64,000 nucleotides of DNA from a virus, in IMG/VR virus record IMGVR_UViG_3300019889_000011; one strand, written 5' to 3'. Positions within the stretch are counted from its first letter, which is position 1. Each line of letters starts with the position of its first letter. Below the pieces are notes generated by a model that was not told the DNA's origin, did no database searches, and saw only the letters and a program-made list of their open reading frames with translations. Positions 55,214 through 63,941 of this stretch are shown in pieces. The position numbers and the translations under genes were made by a program.

Positions 55214-56327
55214 TGGAGCAGGATCGAACCTTCAGATCATGGGTGAGGCCAACATTGCCAGCAGCGCAGCACGCGTGCAGGCCGAGACCGCCGCGTCGAT
55301 CACCGTGGCACAACGCTTCAAGCGCAGCGAGTCGCAGGTACGGCAAGACCTGTTGAATGCGGTGAAGGCATCGCCCCGGCTCGCGGAGAAGGCGGCATAC
55401 AGCTACCCGCGCGGCAAGCGGCAAGACCCGGTGACGAAGGAGTGGGTCGAGAACATCATCAGCGGCCCGTCAACCTACATTGCACGCGAGGCAGCGCGCG
55501 TGTGGGGGAATCTGGTCTATGGCACAGAGGTCATCCGCGAAGCCGATCACGAGCGGCAGATTCGCTCCTTCGCATGGGACATGCAAACCAACATGCGCTG
55601 TCTGGCTGAGGCGACCTTCAAGAAGCTGGTCCAGCGCAGCCGATGGGTGAAGAAACCCGGTGCCAAGGATGAGAAGGTCACCGAGTGGGTGGAGCCCGAT
55701 GAACGCGACCTGCGCGAGCTGAGCAACAAGTACGCTTCGATTGGTGAGCGCAACTGCATCCTGAAGATCGTGCCGTCGCACCTGATCGATGAAGTGCTGG
55801 AGACCGCGAAGCAGACGACTCGCGAGGATGCCGCCAAGCACCCCGAAGCGGTGAGAGCGAAGCTGGCCGATGCATTCCAGTCTGTCGGCATCTCCGTCGC
55901 ACAGATCGAAGAGTATCTCCGCCATCCCCTCAACCAGACGACGCCCGATGAGATGGCTGACCTGCGCGGCATCTTCACGTCGCTGCGCGAAGGGAACTCC
56001 GTCTGGGACGACTATCGGCACACAATGCTGCCGTCTGACGACGAGGTTGCGGAGATGCCGCAACTGCGTGAGCTGGCTAAGCGGCTCAAGTGGAATGAGG
56101 CCAAGCTCGCCAACGAGATCGGGCGCAACATCGATGACATCCCGAAGCTCCTCTCATTCATGAATGAGCAGGTAGCGAAGGTGAAGGCAACTCAACCCGC
56201 GTCATCGCCGGTCGAGTCATCGCCGCGATCTGACCACGCGGAGAAGCCGGAGCCAGAGGTCATCCCGCCAACGAACGCACAGCGCCGTCCTCGCCAGTCC
56301 GCGCCACCGCCTGCACGCGATTTCTAA
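55188..56327 (+). CDS. Hypothetical early protein (379 aa), Pro-rich C-terminus
   Basis: ORF, possibly with a GTG start. A role as a recombination or replication accessory protein is only a guess from position. Confidence 0.45.
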   Translation: MDSETITPSGAGSNLQIMGEANIASSAARVQAETAASITVAQRFKRSESQVRQDLLNAVKASPRLAEKAAYSYPRGKRQDPVTKEWVENIISGPSTYIAREAARVWGNLVYGTEVIREADHERQIRSFAWDMQTNMRCLAEATFKKLVQRSRWVKKPGAKDEKVTEWVEPDERDLRELSNKYASIGERNCILKIVPSHLIDEVLETAKQTTREDAAKHPEAVRAKLADAFQSVGISVAQIEEYLRHPLNQTTPDEMADLRGIFTSLREGNSVWDDYRHTMLPSDDEVAEMPQLRELAKRLKWNEAKLANEIGRNIDDIPKLLSFMNEQVAKVKATQPASSPVESSPRSDHAEKPEPEVIPPTNAQRRPRQSAPPPARDF

Positions 56328-56391
56328 ATACCTCCACGAAGATCCGACGAACTCAGGGCCAAGCGATGTCGGCCCGGAAAGGGCATGAACA

Positions 56392-56985
56392 GTGAAAACC
56401 GATGTCGTAGAGGAGATGAAACTGAAGTGGCCTGACGGTTGCGAGCGCACACGCATTCAGGATCGTAAGCCGCAAGGCTCATGGAAGTTTGGCACGGCTA
56501 AATATCGCGACGGTCTGGTTGCCGAACTTAGCCGCATGGGTGCAACCGCCATACTCATCTGCCGCGCTGAGAATGAGCGTCTGGACCCCGGCATCGCGGT
56601 GTGGTTCTCCTTGAAAAAGGAAGACTCTTCGTGGCAGCAGGGGTTGGGGATTGAGACTCCAGCGCCGACCCTCGATGAGATCGACGCGGCATTCCGATCC
56701 AAAGCTGCACGATGCCATCCCGACCGTTCCGATGGAGGGGATTCGGAACTCTTCAAACGTCTCAACGATTGGCGGAAGCAAGCAAAAGCGTGGGTGATGG
56801 GTACCCACGACCAGCGCCATGAATATGTGATGGCAATCGACCAGTACACCGAAGCGCGGCTCAATCTATGCGCGCTCAAACTTGCCTTCTCCTACATTCG
56901 CGGCCTTGAGCGAGTCGGTGCTCCGGCGATCCTCACCCAGACCCTCGGAGCGTTTCGAGCGAAGCTGACGGGAGGATCACAATGA
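56392..56985 (+). CDS. J-domain (DnaJ-like) protein
   Basis: LDEIDAAFRSKAARCHPDRSDGGDSELFKRLNDWRKQA contains the HPD tripeptide in the correct helix II-III context. Confidence 0.5.
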   Translation: MKTDVVEEMKLKWPDGCERTRIQDRKPQGSWKFGTAKYRDGLVAELSRMGATAILICRAENERLDPGIAVWFSLKKEDSSWQQGLGIETPAPTLDEIDAAFRSKAARCHPDRSDGGDSELFKRLNDWRKQAKAWVMGTHDQRHEYVMAIDQYTEARLNLCALKLAFSYIRGLERVGAPAILTQTLGAFRAKLTGGSQ

Positions 56986-57272
56986 TGACCCCGCAGCAGA
57001 GAGCAGCAAAGACTCGTGCGTTCAACCGTGCTGGGCAGAAGTTGTACGAAGAGGTATCAAAGCCTGCGCACGAGAAGGTTGAGCAAATTCTCAATCGACT
57101 CCTCTCAGCGGAGGACATCAGGCTACGGTATGTGGGCCCTTGGAGACTCAAGGGAGGGGTTACAGAAGCACGCCTGATGTCCATCGGATTCGGAGGTCTT
57201 CAATTTACCGTGCACGTCGACGGATACAGGACATTGAAAACATACGCTTCAAGCTTTTGGGAGGTGATCTGA
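56982..57272 (+). CDS. Hypothetical protein
   Basis: ORF only. Confidence 0.35.
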   Translation: MMTPQQRAAKTRAFNRAGQKLYEEVSKPAHEKVEQILNRLLSAEDIRLRYVGPWRLKGGVTEARLMSIGFGGLQFTVHVDGYRTLKTYASSFWEVI

Positions 57273-57739
57273 TGGGTCTATCAATTCTTAGTGCGCCTCA
57301 CGACCCCCGCCAGCAGATTGAGTCTTTGCAGCGGGAACTCAACGCGCGCAATCGCGAGCTTTCCGAATTGCAGGAACAGCTTCGCCAAGAGCAGCAGAAG
57401 ACGGCTTCCGTTGAACGGGGAGTCAGTCAACTGCGCGAAATTCTTGGGCCACTCTACGGCGGCCTAAGGATGGTGTTCGGAGAGATCGATTCGATGGGTG
57501 TCGCTGAGTCGGGGCCTACAACAAAGAACTCAGCAGCATGGGAGCAGTGGAAGACGCGCCTCGGAGGTGCAACGGCGCGCGCAATCGATGCCCTCATGGT
57601 GCACGGAGAGATGAATCAAACGCAGTTACGCATCATCCTCGGATGCGCGACCCGAACCGTGACCAACGTCGTCGCCGCACTCAACCAAGCAAAGTTGATT
57701 GACAAAAGAGACGGCAAAATTCGCCTCAAGGAACTCTAG
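57272..57739 (+). CDS. Coiled-coil protein with C-terminal winged-HTH
   Basis: HGEMNQTQLRIILGCATRTVTNVVAALNQAKLIDKRDGKIRL is wHTH-like (MarR-like). Confidence 0.45.
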   Translation: MGLSILSAPHDPRQQIESLQRELNARNRELSELQEQLRQEQQKTASVERGVSQLREILGPLYGGLRMVFGEIDSMGVAESGPTTKNSAAWEQWKTRLGGATARAIDALMVHGEMNQTQLRIILGCATRTVTNVVAALNQAKLIDKRDGKIRLKEL

Positions 57740-57744
57740 AAAGG

Positions 57745-58140
57745 TTGTTTGACCGCGTGAATGCAATGAACCTCGGCCTCGTGAAGTATGACGCAATGAT
57801 CCTCGCTATCGAAGCGTGCGAACGCATCGATGAAGTGAAAAGCATCATCGATAAGGCGCGTGCCCTCGAGGTCTATGCTGCGCAGGCCATGAATACGGAG
57901 GCAGAAGCCAAGGCGGCGCGTATACGTATCCGTGCCGAGCGGAAGACGGGTGAGTTGATTGCAGAGGGACAGCGCAGCGGTCAAATGCAAACTGCTGGAG
58001 ATAACGCTGGCGCACATCGAGGAAAACAAAGGTCGTCGTGTGGCACGACTACCTTACGCGACTTCGGTATATCACGCGACCAATCCTCGCAGTGGCAGAA
58101 GCTCGCAGAGATACCGAAGGACGATGGCAGGCAAGCCAGA
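57745..58140 (+). pseudogene. Truncated 5' fragment of the methyltransferase gene (copy of the gene running off the window start)
   Basis: 57956-58128 is near-identical to 1-172 (perfect for about 127 nt), then diverges into unrelated sequence. The downstream MT-A70 domain is absent. Confidence 0.5.
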
Positions 58141-58144
58141 GAGG

Positions 58145-58894
58145 TCAGCCGACGACGAGGGACCGCAACTCCTTCGAGAATTGTTGGAGTGCCTTCAGGT
58201 CCTCGGCGTCCTTCATCGCCTTTACGCTGCCTTCACAGTTGGCATCGACGCAATCGGGATTCGAGCAGTTCGCGCAATCGCCGTCGGTGCACTCGGGACA
58301 ATCGCACTCGCACAGCGCGTCCTTTTTGAGCAGAGCTTTCAAGCTGAGGTCGATGGCGCGGAGCTGGTCGAGATCGGCGGCGGTCACTTCCCCAGGTCGA
58401 AAGGTTCGGAGGACGTTTTCAATCTGGCCAAGTGTCTTTACCGTGGTGACGACGGCCCCCGGATTACAAGGCACGGCGCAAAGTGAGATCTCATGCAAGC
58501 GAACTTCCTTCAGTGTTCGAGTGCCGTCATCGTTGTATGAGATTTTGCCTTCGCCGTGTGGCAACGTGTAGCCGATGGATAACCCCCGAACGATTCCAGC
58601 TTTCATAAAAGCGTGCGCACGTTTAGCCCCTGCATCTTCCATGAGCAACGTCCCTTTGCAGACAAGGCCCTCGGTCGAGTCGGAGAGAAAAACGCTTCCG
58701 AGTGGTTCCAGTTGTGAGTGACACCAGAGCAAGGGAAGGCCCTTCCCCTGCATCTGAATCGCCTGTTTATATGCGCCCGGTGCGATGATGTCGCCCACGA
58801 GGTCAGCGGGTGCACCGTACGTCGAAGCCAGTCCGGTGAAGGTGCCCGAATCATCGAGCACCTTCACCTTCAGAGAGAAGTCACGCGTCTGCAT
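58145..58894 (-). CDS. Prohead protease (HK97 family), second copy, with Cys-rich C-terminus
   Basis: GLSIGY...LHEISLCAVPCNPGA protease motifs. C-terminal CECDCPECTDGDCANCSNPDCVDANC. Confidence 0.65.
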   Translation of the reverse strand: MQTRDFSLKVKVLDDSGTFTGLASTYGAPADLVGDIIAPGAYKQAIQMQGKGLPLLWCHSQLEPLGSVFLSDSTEGLVCKGTLLMEDAGAKRAHAFMKAGIVRGLSIGYTLPHGEGKISYNDDGTRTLKEVRLHEISLCAVPCNPGAVVTTVKTLGQIENVLRTFRPGEVTAADLDQLRAIDLSLKALLKKDALCECDCPECTDGDCANCSNPDCVDANCEGSVKAMKDAEDLKALQQFSKELRSLVVG

Positions 58895-58906
58895 TGGTTC
58901 CCCCGT

Positions 58907-60091
58907 TTACGCTGGCGACGATGTGAAGGTGCCTGTGAGGAACGACGCGGCTCTTTTGACCACCAAACACATGCGTTTCTCTGCGCGGCACGCTACGAGG
59001 TTCTTCGTAAAGTAATCTGCGTGCTCGGTGCTCACTTCATATTGAATTTCCATTCTGTCGCGAATCTCTGCCGCTGCCGGGTTGCCGCTGCCGACTAGAA
59101 AAGTTCCGGCGCTGATGCTGGTCGTCGGAATAACGAGCAGGTCGAACAGCATCGCGTTGGCCGTGGTCTGTGGGTCTCCGATCAAAAAACGGCCCAAGGT
59201 ATCCTTCGTCAACCGGATGTTCCACCAGTCGTTCGGGTTCAACACGATGAAGCTGGGAGTTAGTTCCTTGGCCGAGGTCAATTGCTGGACAGCACGACCG
59301 ACGATATCGATGCGGCTATAGCTGCCGGAACCTAGCAGCGACGGGTTGAATGGAGTGGCCTGCCCGAGGATGCCGTGGAGATTTTCTCCGGTGTTATCGC
59401 CGCCGAGAATTTGCTGTTCTTCGGCAAGATTTACATAAAACGTGAGGCTGGTTTCGAGGAAACTGGCGAGTTCCTCGAAGTCATCAAGAATATTTTTAGA
59501 GGCCGGAATCCAAGTCGCAATCGTCTTCACCCGCTCACTCGCAGAGGTGAACGCGAGCGCGTTCTCTGCCTTCGCCGCACCTTCCACTTGTGGCGATGCA
59601 ATCCCCAGAGGCGTACTCACGCGCACAAAATCGACCATGCCCATTGAGGTCGGTCGAGCTGTCAGCGCATCGCGCACGGTCAACTCTTGTCGAGGTTCGG
59701 CGGTGATGCCCCGGTCGCGATCGATCGGCAATACTCCGGTGGTCTGCGAGCCTTGCCCGGTCGACGTGATGACCGCTTTGCGCTGGAGGATCTGTTCGGC
59801 ATCCTTGCCGCTGAGCGTGATGATGGCGCTGCCGCGGCGGTCGTGAAGGAGACGCTGGAAGCCTTCGTGAGTCTTCAAATGTTCGACGAATCCAGGCGTC
59901 ATCGAGACGTTGCCGAGGCGGTCGTGATTTTGCAAATCCAAAGAATCGACCTGCGTTTGAATCGCCTTCTGCTGCGAAACGAGCGATTCGACGGACGATT
60001 TGATGCCGTCGAGGACTTCGACCACTGCTTTAGTTTCCATGGGGAGACAACTCCGTTGAACGGCTGGGATTTCGTCGGTGCTGGTCGGCAA
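58907..60091 (-). CDS. Major capsid protein, HK97 fold, second (paralogous) copy
   Basis: Collinear with 43227-44426 (shared blocks GDNTGENL, LNPNDWWNIR, TKDTLGR, AAAEIRDRME, EHADYFTKNLVA). Confidence 0.8.
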   Translation of the reverse strand: MPTSTDEIPAVQRSCLPMETKAVVEVLDGIKSSVESLVSQQKAIQTQVDSLDLQNHDRLGNVSMTPGFVEHLKTHEGFQRLLHDRRGSAIITLSGKDAEQILQRKAVITSTGQGSQTTGVLPIDRDRGITAEPRQELTVRDALTARPTSMGMVDFVRVSTPLGIASPQVEGAAKAENALAFTSASERVKTIATWIPASKNILDDFEELASFLETSLTFYVNLAEEQQILGGDNTGENLHGILGQATPFNPSLLGSGSYSRIDIVGRAVQQLTSAKELTPSFIVLNPNDWWNIRLTKDTLGRFLIGDPQTTANAMLFDLLVIPTTSISAGTFLVGSGNPAAAEIRDRMEIQYEVSTEHADYFTKNLVACRAEKRMCLVVKRAASFLTGTFTSSPA

Positions 60092-60093
60092 CC

Positions 60094-60315
60094 TTACGAG
60101 TCGAGCGAGTCAACTACGCCATGCGAACCCGGTGCGGGGTGCCTATGCCGTGTACTGGCTGTAGGCGACGCTGGAGTGTCATCTCGATTATCACTCATAT
60201 CGGCTTCCGGTGATTGCATGATGGCGTCGATTTTGACGATGGCCTGAACATCGACGCCGAGAGCGGCGGCCCGTCGCTTCAGTCGATTCCATCGCAGGAT
60301 GCGAACGCGATTCAT
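60094..60315 (-). CDS. Small hypothetical protein
   Basis: ORF only. Confidence 0.3.
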   Translation of the reverse strand: MNRVRILRWNRLKRRAAALGVDVQAIVKIDAIMQSPEADMSDNRDDTPASPTASTRHRHPAPGSHGVVDSLDS

Positions 60316-60554
60316 TGAACGATTCCCCCCGTCACCAGGCGAAGTTTCAAGTCTTCAATCTCCACCTGATGGCTCTCCATCAGCCGGGTCTGCAACGCGA
60401 CTTGCGTTTCGAGCTGGTCAATCCTTGCGGTCGCCTGTTCGTTCGCTACGACAAGCTGGTTGTGAGCAAGCTGCAGCGTCACAATTTCACGAATCACCTT
60501 GTCGAGGTCGTCATCGTTTTGCATGTTGCCTCCATTCTTTCGTTTCAAATTCAA
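60312..60554 (-). CDS. Small coiled-coil hypothetical protein
   Basis: ORF only. Confidence 0.3.
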   Translation of the reverse strand: MNLKRKNGGNMQNDDDLDKVIREIVTLQLAHNQLVVANEQATARIDQLETQVALQTRLMESHQVEIEDLKLRLVTGGIVQ

Positions 60555-60557
60555 ATT

Positions 60558-61058
60558 TCAATCGCCGCACAGCGCTCTCTCCAGCGGGTCGTCCATGCTG
60601 CCCGGAACGAAGGCACCCGTCGTCGTCGCGATCCGCGACCTTGAGGCAGGCGTCATGCCGAATTGCTGTAGCATCCGACTCACGATCTCGGCCTGCGCAT
60701 TGATGATTCCCAAGAGCGGTGACTGCATCAGGTAGCCGGTTTTCGTCTGCAACAAGAGCGTCGAGCGATTGCCTTTCGCCGATCTCACCATCAGGCTCTG
60801 AGCCTCAATCAAGGTTCCATACGCCTGACAAAGAATCGCCAGCGCTACCCCATCCGCTTCGCTCAGCACCCGCATCGAGAGCAGGAGTGGAACCAATCTT
60901 CTCCATTCCTTGCGAGCTATGGCGGTCAGGTGTTTCGGCATCTCTGGTGCTCCAATCAGTGGCGTCGGCTCGCGGTCATTCAACTTCTGGTGACCGCGAT
61001 TACCTTCGTAAATCCGCAGTGCAGTTGGTTTCGGTGGTGGTCCCGGCATGATATTCAC
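60558..61058 (-). CDS. terS: Terminase small subunit, P27 family, second copy
   Basis: MNIMPGPPPKPTALRIYEGNRGHQKLNDREP matches the P27 N-terminal signature. Confidence 0.7.
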   Translation of the reverse strand: MNIMPGPPPKPTALRIYEGNRGHQKLNDREPTPLIGAPEMPKHLTAIARKEWRRLVPLLLSMRVLSEADGVALAILCQAYGTLIEAQSLMVRSAKGNRSTLLLQTKTGYLMQSPLLGIINAQAEIVSRMLQQFGMTPASRSRIATTTGAFVPGSMDDPLERALCGD

Positions 61059-61079
61059 CTCAGCTACAGTCTGCGCCTA

Positions 61080-61090
61080 CCCCCCTCCCC
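61080..61090 (-). other. Conserved C-rich motif (cos/pac candidate), second copy
   Basis: CCCCCCTCCCC between HNH2 and TerS2. Confidence 0.35.
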
Positions 61091-61183
61091 TTATCCCTAG
61101 AAAATTCGCGGATAACGTGCACGTGTTCCGTAGAGCGATTGCTGTGGAGATCTAGACGGCCCTACACGTCATCCCTGCCTGTC

Positions 61184-61621
61184 TCATGCCTGCGGGAGCC
61201 GTGCGTTCAGTTCGCGCATCGTCTTGGCGCTGTGACACCGGCTGCATCGCGTCCGGTAGTTGTCGAGGTCGCGACGGAGGTCGGGCCGTTCCTCTACCGG
61301 CACGTCGTGGTCGCCGTGCAGATGCACATCTCCGCGTGTCCATCGTTCTTTCAACTCGGCAAGGATGACGCTGGTGGGTGGTTCATCGAGACCATAAGTT
61401 CTGGCATCGCGCACGACGTCCGGCTCGAAGCCGCAGTCGACGCAGCGCCATCCGTCGCGCTGAAAGCACTGAATGCGGAGCCGTTGATGAGTGGCGTCGT
61501 ATCCTTGCGCGTACGACGAGCCGCGCCGTTGACTCTGCTGCCGCTTGCATTCAGGGCAGCGCCCACCACCCTCGGTCAGCCTGCCACAGCCGTTCGAGCA
61601 GGAGCGCTTTGGAAGCCTCAT
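61184..61621 (-). CDS. HNH endonuclease (terminase-associated), second copy
   Basis: Same architecture and about half identity to 50923-51390 (CVDCGFEP, VVRDAR, YGLD, DNY.TRC..CHSAKTMRE). Confidence 0.7.
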   Translation of the reverse strand: MRLPKRSCSNGCGRLTEGGGRCPECKRQQSQRRGSSYAQGYDATHQRLRIQCFQRDGWRCVDCGFEPDVVRDARTYGLDEPPTSVILAELKERWTRGDVHLHGDHDVPVEERPDLRRDLDNYRTRCSRCHSAKTMRELNARLPQA

Positions 61622-61918
61622 ACGTTTCCTCCTTCGCAGTCATCGTTGATTCCCTTCGACCGCTCTCTACGATGGCCCGTAGTCGCGCGGAATGTCTCCT
61701 TCCTGCGTTCGCTACGATGCCTCTGGCGGGTCACTGTATCCACGTTGCACGCTCGCCGCGTCGCTGACGTCGGTACTCGGCGAACTTCCGTTCGAGTTCG
61801 TCGTTTGTGTACAACGCCCGGTAGTAGCTCCACGAGCGCATCAGCTCTGTTGCTTCACGTGACGGTAGCTTGGCGGCGGCATCTGCGACTCTTTGCTCAA
61901 TGGGGATGTGCGCTTTTT

Positions 61919-62278
61919 CTATTTGCATGCTTCCTCACTTTCATCGTCCTGTGCATTGGTCTTTTTAGCAGTACTGAGCATCGTTGTCGCATACTCGAAA
62001 GCCTGCGAGCGGTACGGTGCCCATGGAAGGATGCCCACCGAGTTCAGCATCTTCTCAATCGTGAACGGCGTGCCGCTTGCGACGGCAGTCTCTACGGCAC
62101 GCTCCACGAGCGCCTGCCAGAGCTTCTTTCGGCGGTCGTTACTCTGTGCGGTCTGTGCTTTCACTGCTGCATCATCTTCATCGAATGTAATCACGCAACA
62201 CCTCCGTGACGGATTGCGCCTGAAGCTGGTAGAGCAGACAGCCAGATGGCAAGCGCTGTACGCTGATCTGCCCTGCAC
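61919..62278 (-). CDS. Hypothetical protein (frame choice uncertain)
   Basis: Several overlapping ORFs here; this one has the most plausible composition. Confidence 0.25.
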   Translation of the reverse strand: MQGRSAYSACHLAVCSTSFRRNPSRRCCVITFDEDDAAVKAQTAQSNDRRKKLWQALVERAVETAVASGTPFTIEKMLNSVGILPWAPYRSQAFEYATTMLSTAKKTNAQDDESEEACK

Positions 62279-62495
62279 GGCGTCGCTGCTGTCTCTTCAT
62301 CGCTGCCTGCTTCGTTCTCTTCTCCTCGGCCAGCACCTCGGCCAGGTATGCAGGTGGGTAGTACTCGCGTGGGCTTTTCATATTTGAGGTTCCTCTCCTG
62401 TTGAACGGTGGATTCAGCTTTTAGAAACATCATCGCGATACGTCCCCAGAGCCGAAGGGCTGTGGGGCATGGAGTTACGGTTTGTTTTATTTCTT

Positions 62496-62568
62496 CCTTG
62501 ATAACCCTTGAGGATCATTGATAAATACCTTGAAAATACCCTTGATCCCGCATCGTCACCTTGATACC
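62496..62568. repeat. Iteron-like array of (C/A)(C/T)TTGA(T/A) repeats at helical-turn spacing
   Basis: CCTTGA/CATTGA copies at 62496, 62506, 62517, 62528, 62540 and 62559 in an AT-richer stretch just downstream of the 461-aa gene. Confidence 0.45.
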
Positions 62569-63941
62569 GCATCGCTGTTCCTATCCCGTTCAGCCAATTG
62601 GTCATAATCTTGTATCCATTCCGTCGCAACTTCCTCCATCTGCCGGAGCCAGCGCGCCGTCGCTTCGGTATGCGGACGGTACCGCAGGCGGTAAATATCC
62701 ACCATTTGCACTTGCGGCACAGTCTGCAAAACCGGGACCAGCACATTTTCATCCTCCGCCCCGTGATCGAGAATGATTTCGGCCAGCATTCGGCGAGCGG
62801 CGGCATTGGCCGCTACCGCAACGGCCCGCTCGAGCGGCTCGCCACCGCCATGCCACGCGATGCCAATGATGGGTTCGCTGCCTCTGTCCTCGTTCTCCAC
62901 AAGATGCGGGACGCGCTCGAGCAGGCCCATTTTGCTCAGAGTGTCAAACGCCTGCCAGAGACCGGTTTCCTTCGATTGATCAACCGATTGACGTTGCCAG
63001 AAGAATTCAGTGCATGCCTGACCGGGATAAACATAGGCACTGAGTAGATTGAAACCATAAACGAAACGGTTGCCGCAGTGGCCGTATTGTCTCCGTCGGT
63101 ATTGCACCTCCACTACCTTCCGACTTATACCTCCGTCATCCGCGAGGTTGTGCGCGTGGTACAGGTCGATGAGAAGCCGGAGAGCATCGAGGTTACGACA
63201 TTGACGCAGCCGCTTCACGGGTGATGGTTCACCATTATCCGTTCCGGTGACCAACGTATTTGGGAGCCAGATTAGATCGCTTCCAGCTTCGAGCCTCGGC
63301 GGTTCGACCTGAAAGGTGGTTCCGTTCTGCCAGAGCAATCCACGCATGACCAACTGTTTCGCCTCTTGCCTTGGGGATTTGGATCCCCTACCTTTTCGCC
63401 GGAAGGTGTTCATCACATATCGCTCGATATCGGAAATGCGCCGCCGGGCAGCATCGAGTACAGCATCGAAAGGTTGCAGTTCATAGACTGGTCGCCGCAT
63501 CGCCGTCGACTGAGCGACAGAGAGGAAGCCAGCTTCGATAAGTTGAGCAATCGCTGGCTTAGCCCGCTTCCAGGCGAGTCCGGTGTAATTCTGAATAGCA
63601 ACGGCGGACCACCTCGAAATGCGATTGCCTTTGCCGGTTCCTGCGCAGATGGTCAGATAGGCAACGGCCATGTTGATATCGTCCAATCCGCAGAGCAACT
63701 TCCATGTCCTTCGGTCTACGGTGAAGAAGCCAGCGCCGCGTGTTATCGTTGTTTCGCCCATGACATAAAACCTTGGCTCTACCGGCTTTGTCCCCGGCGG
63801 AGCTTTTCTATGCCTTGCATCGCGCTGCCGTAGCACGTTTGGCGCGCTCTTCCCGCTTGAGGGCTTTGGGGAGCGGCGCGGCAGGGATCGCAGGCGGGGT
63901 GGTGCTACGGGCTTCAACCCAGCTATCGACCTCGTGCTCAA
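62556..63941 (-). CDS. Large hypothetical protein (461 aa), replication-initiator candidate
   Basis: No motif I can name. Candidate status rests only on the adjacent iteron-like array. Confidence 0.35.
   Translation of the reverse strand: MSTRSIAGLKPVAPPRLRSLPRRSPKPSSGKSAPNVLRQRDARHRKAPPGTKPVEPRFYVMGETTITRGAGFFTVDRRTWKLLCGLDDINMAVAYLTICAGTGKGNRISRWSAVAIQNYTGLAWKRAKPAIAQLIEAGFLSVAQSTAMRRPVYELQPFDAVLDAARRRISDIERYVMNTFRRKGRGSKSPRQEAKQLVMRGLLWQNGTTFQVEPPRLEAGSDLIWLPNTLVTGTDNGEPSPVKRLRQCRNLDALRLLIDLYHAHNLADDGGISRKVVEVQYRRRQYGHCGNRFVYGFNLLSAYVYPGQACTEFFWQRQSVDQSKETGLWQAFDTLSKMGLLERVPHLVENEDRGSEPIIGIAWHGGGEPLERAVAVAANAAARRMLAEIILDHGAEDENVLVPVLQTVPQVQMVDIYRLRYRPHTEATARWLRQMEEVATEWIQDYDQLAERDRNSDAVSR

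Larger units (their letters stand above)
24561..58140. mobile_element. Prophage element B: att-core, int, xis, tail-head-lysis late operon, switch and early genes, ending at the repeat junction
   Basis: Canonical temperate-phage layout in the order listed, ending where the sequence diverges from the copy at the window start. Confidence 0.55.
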
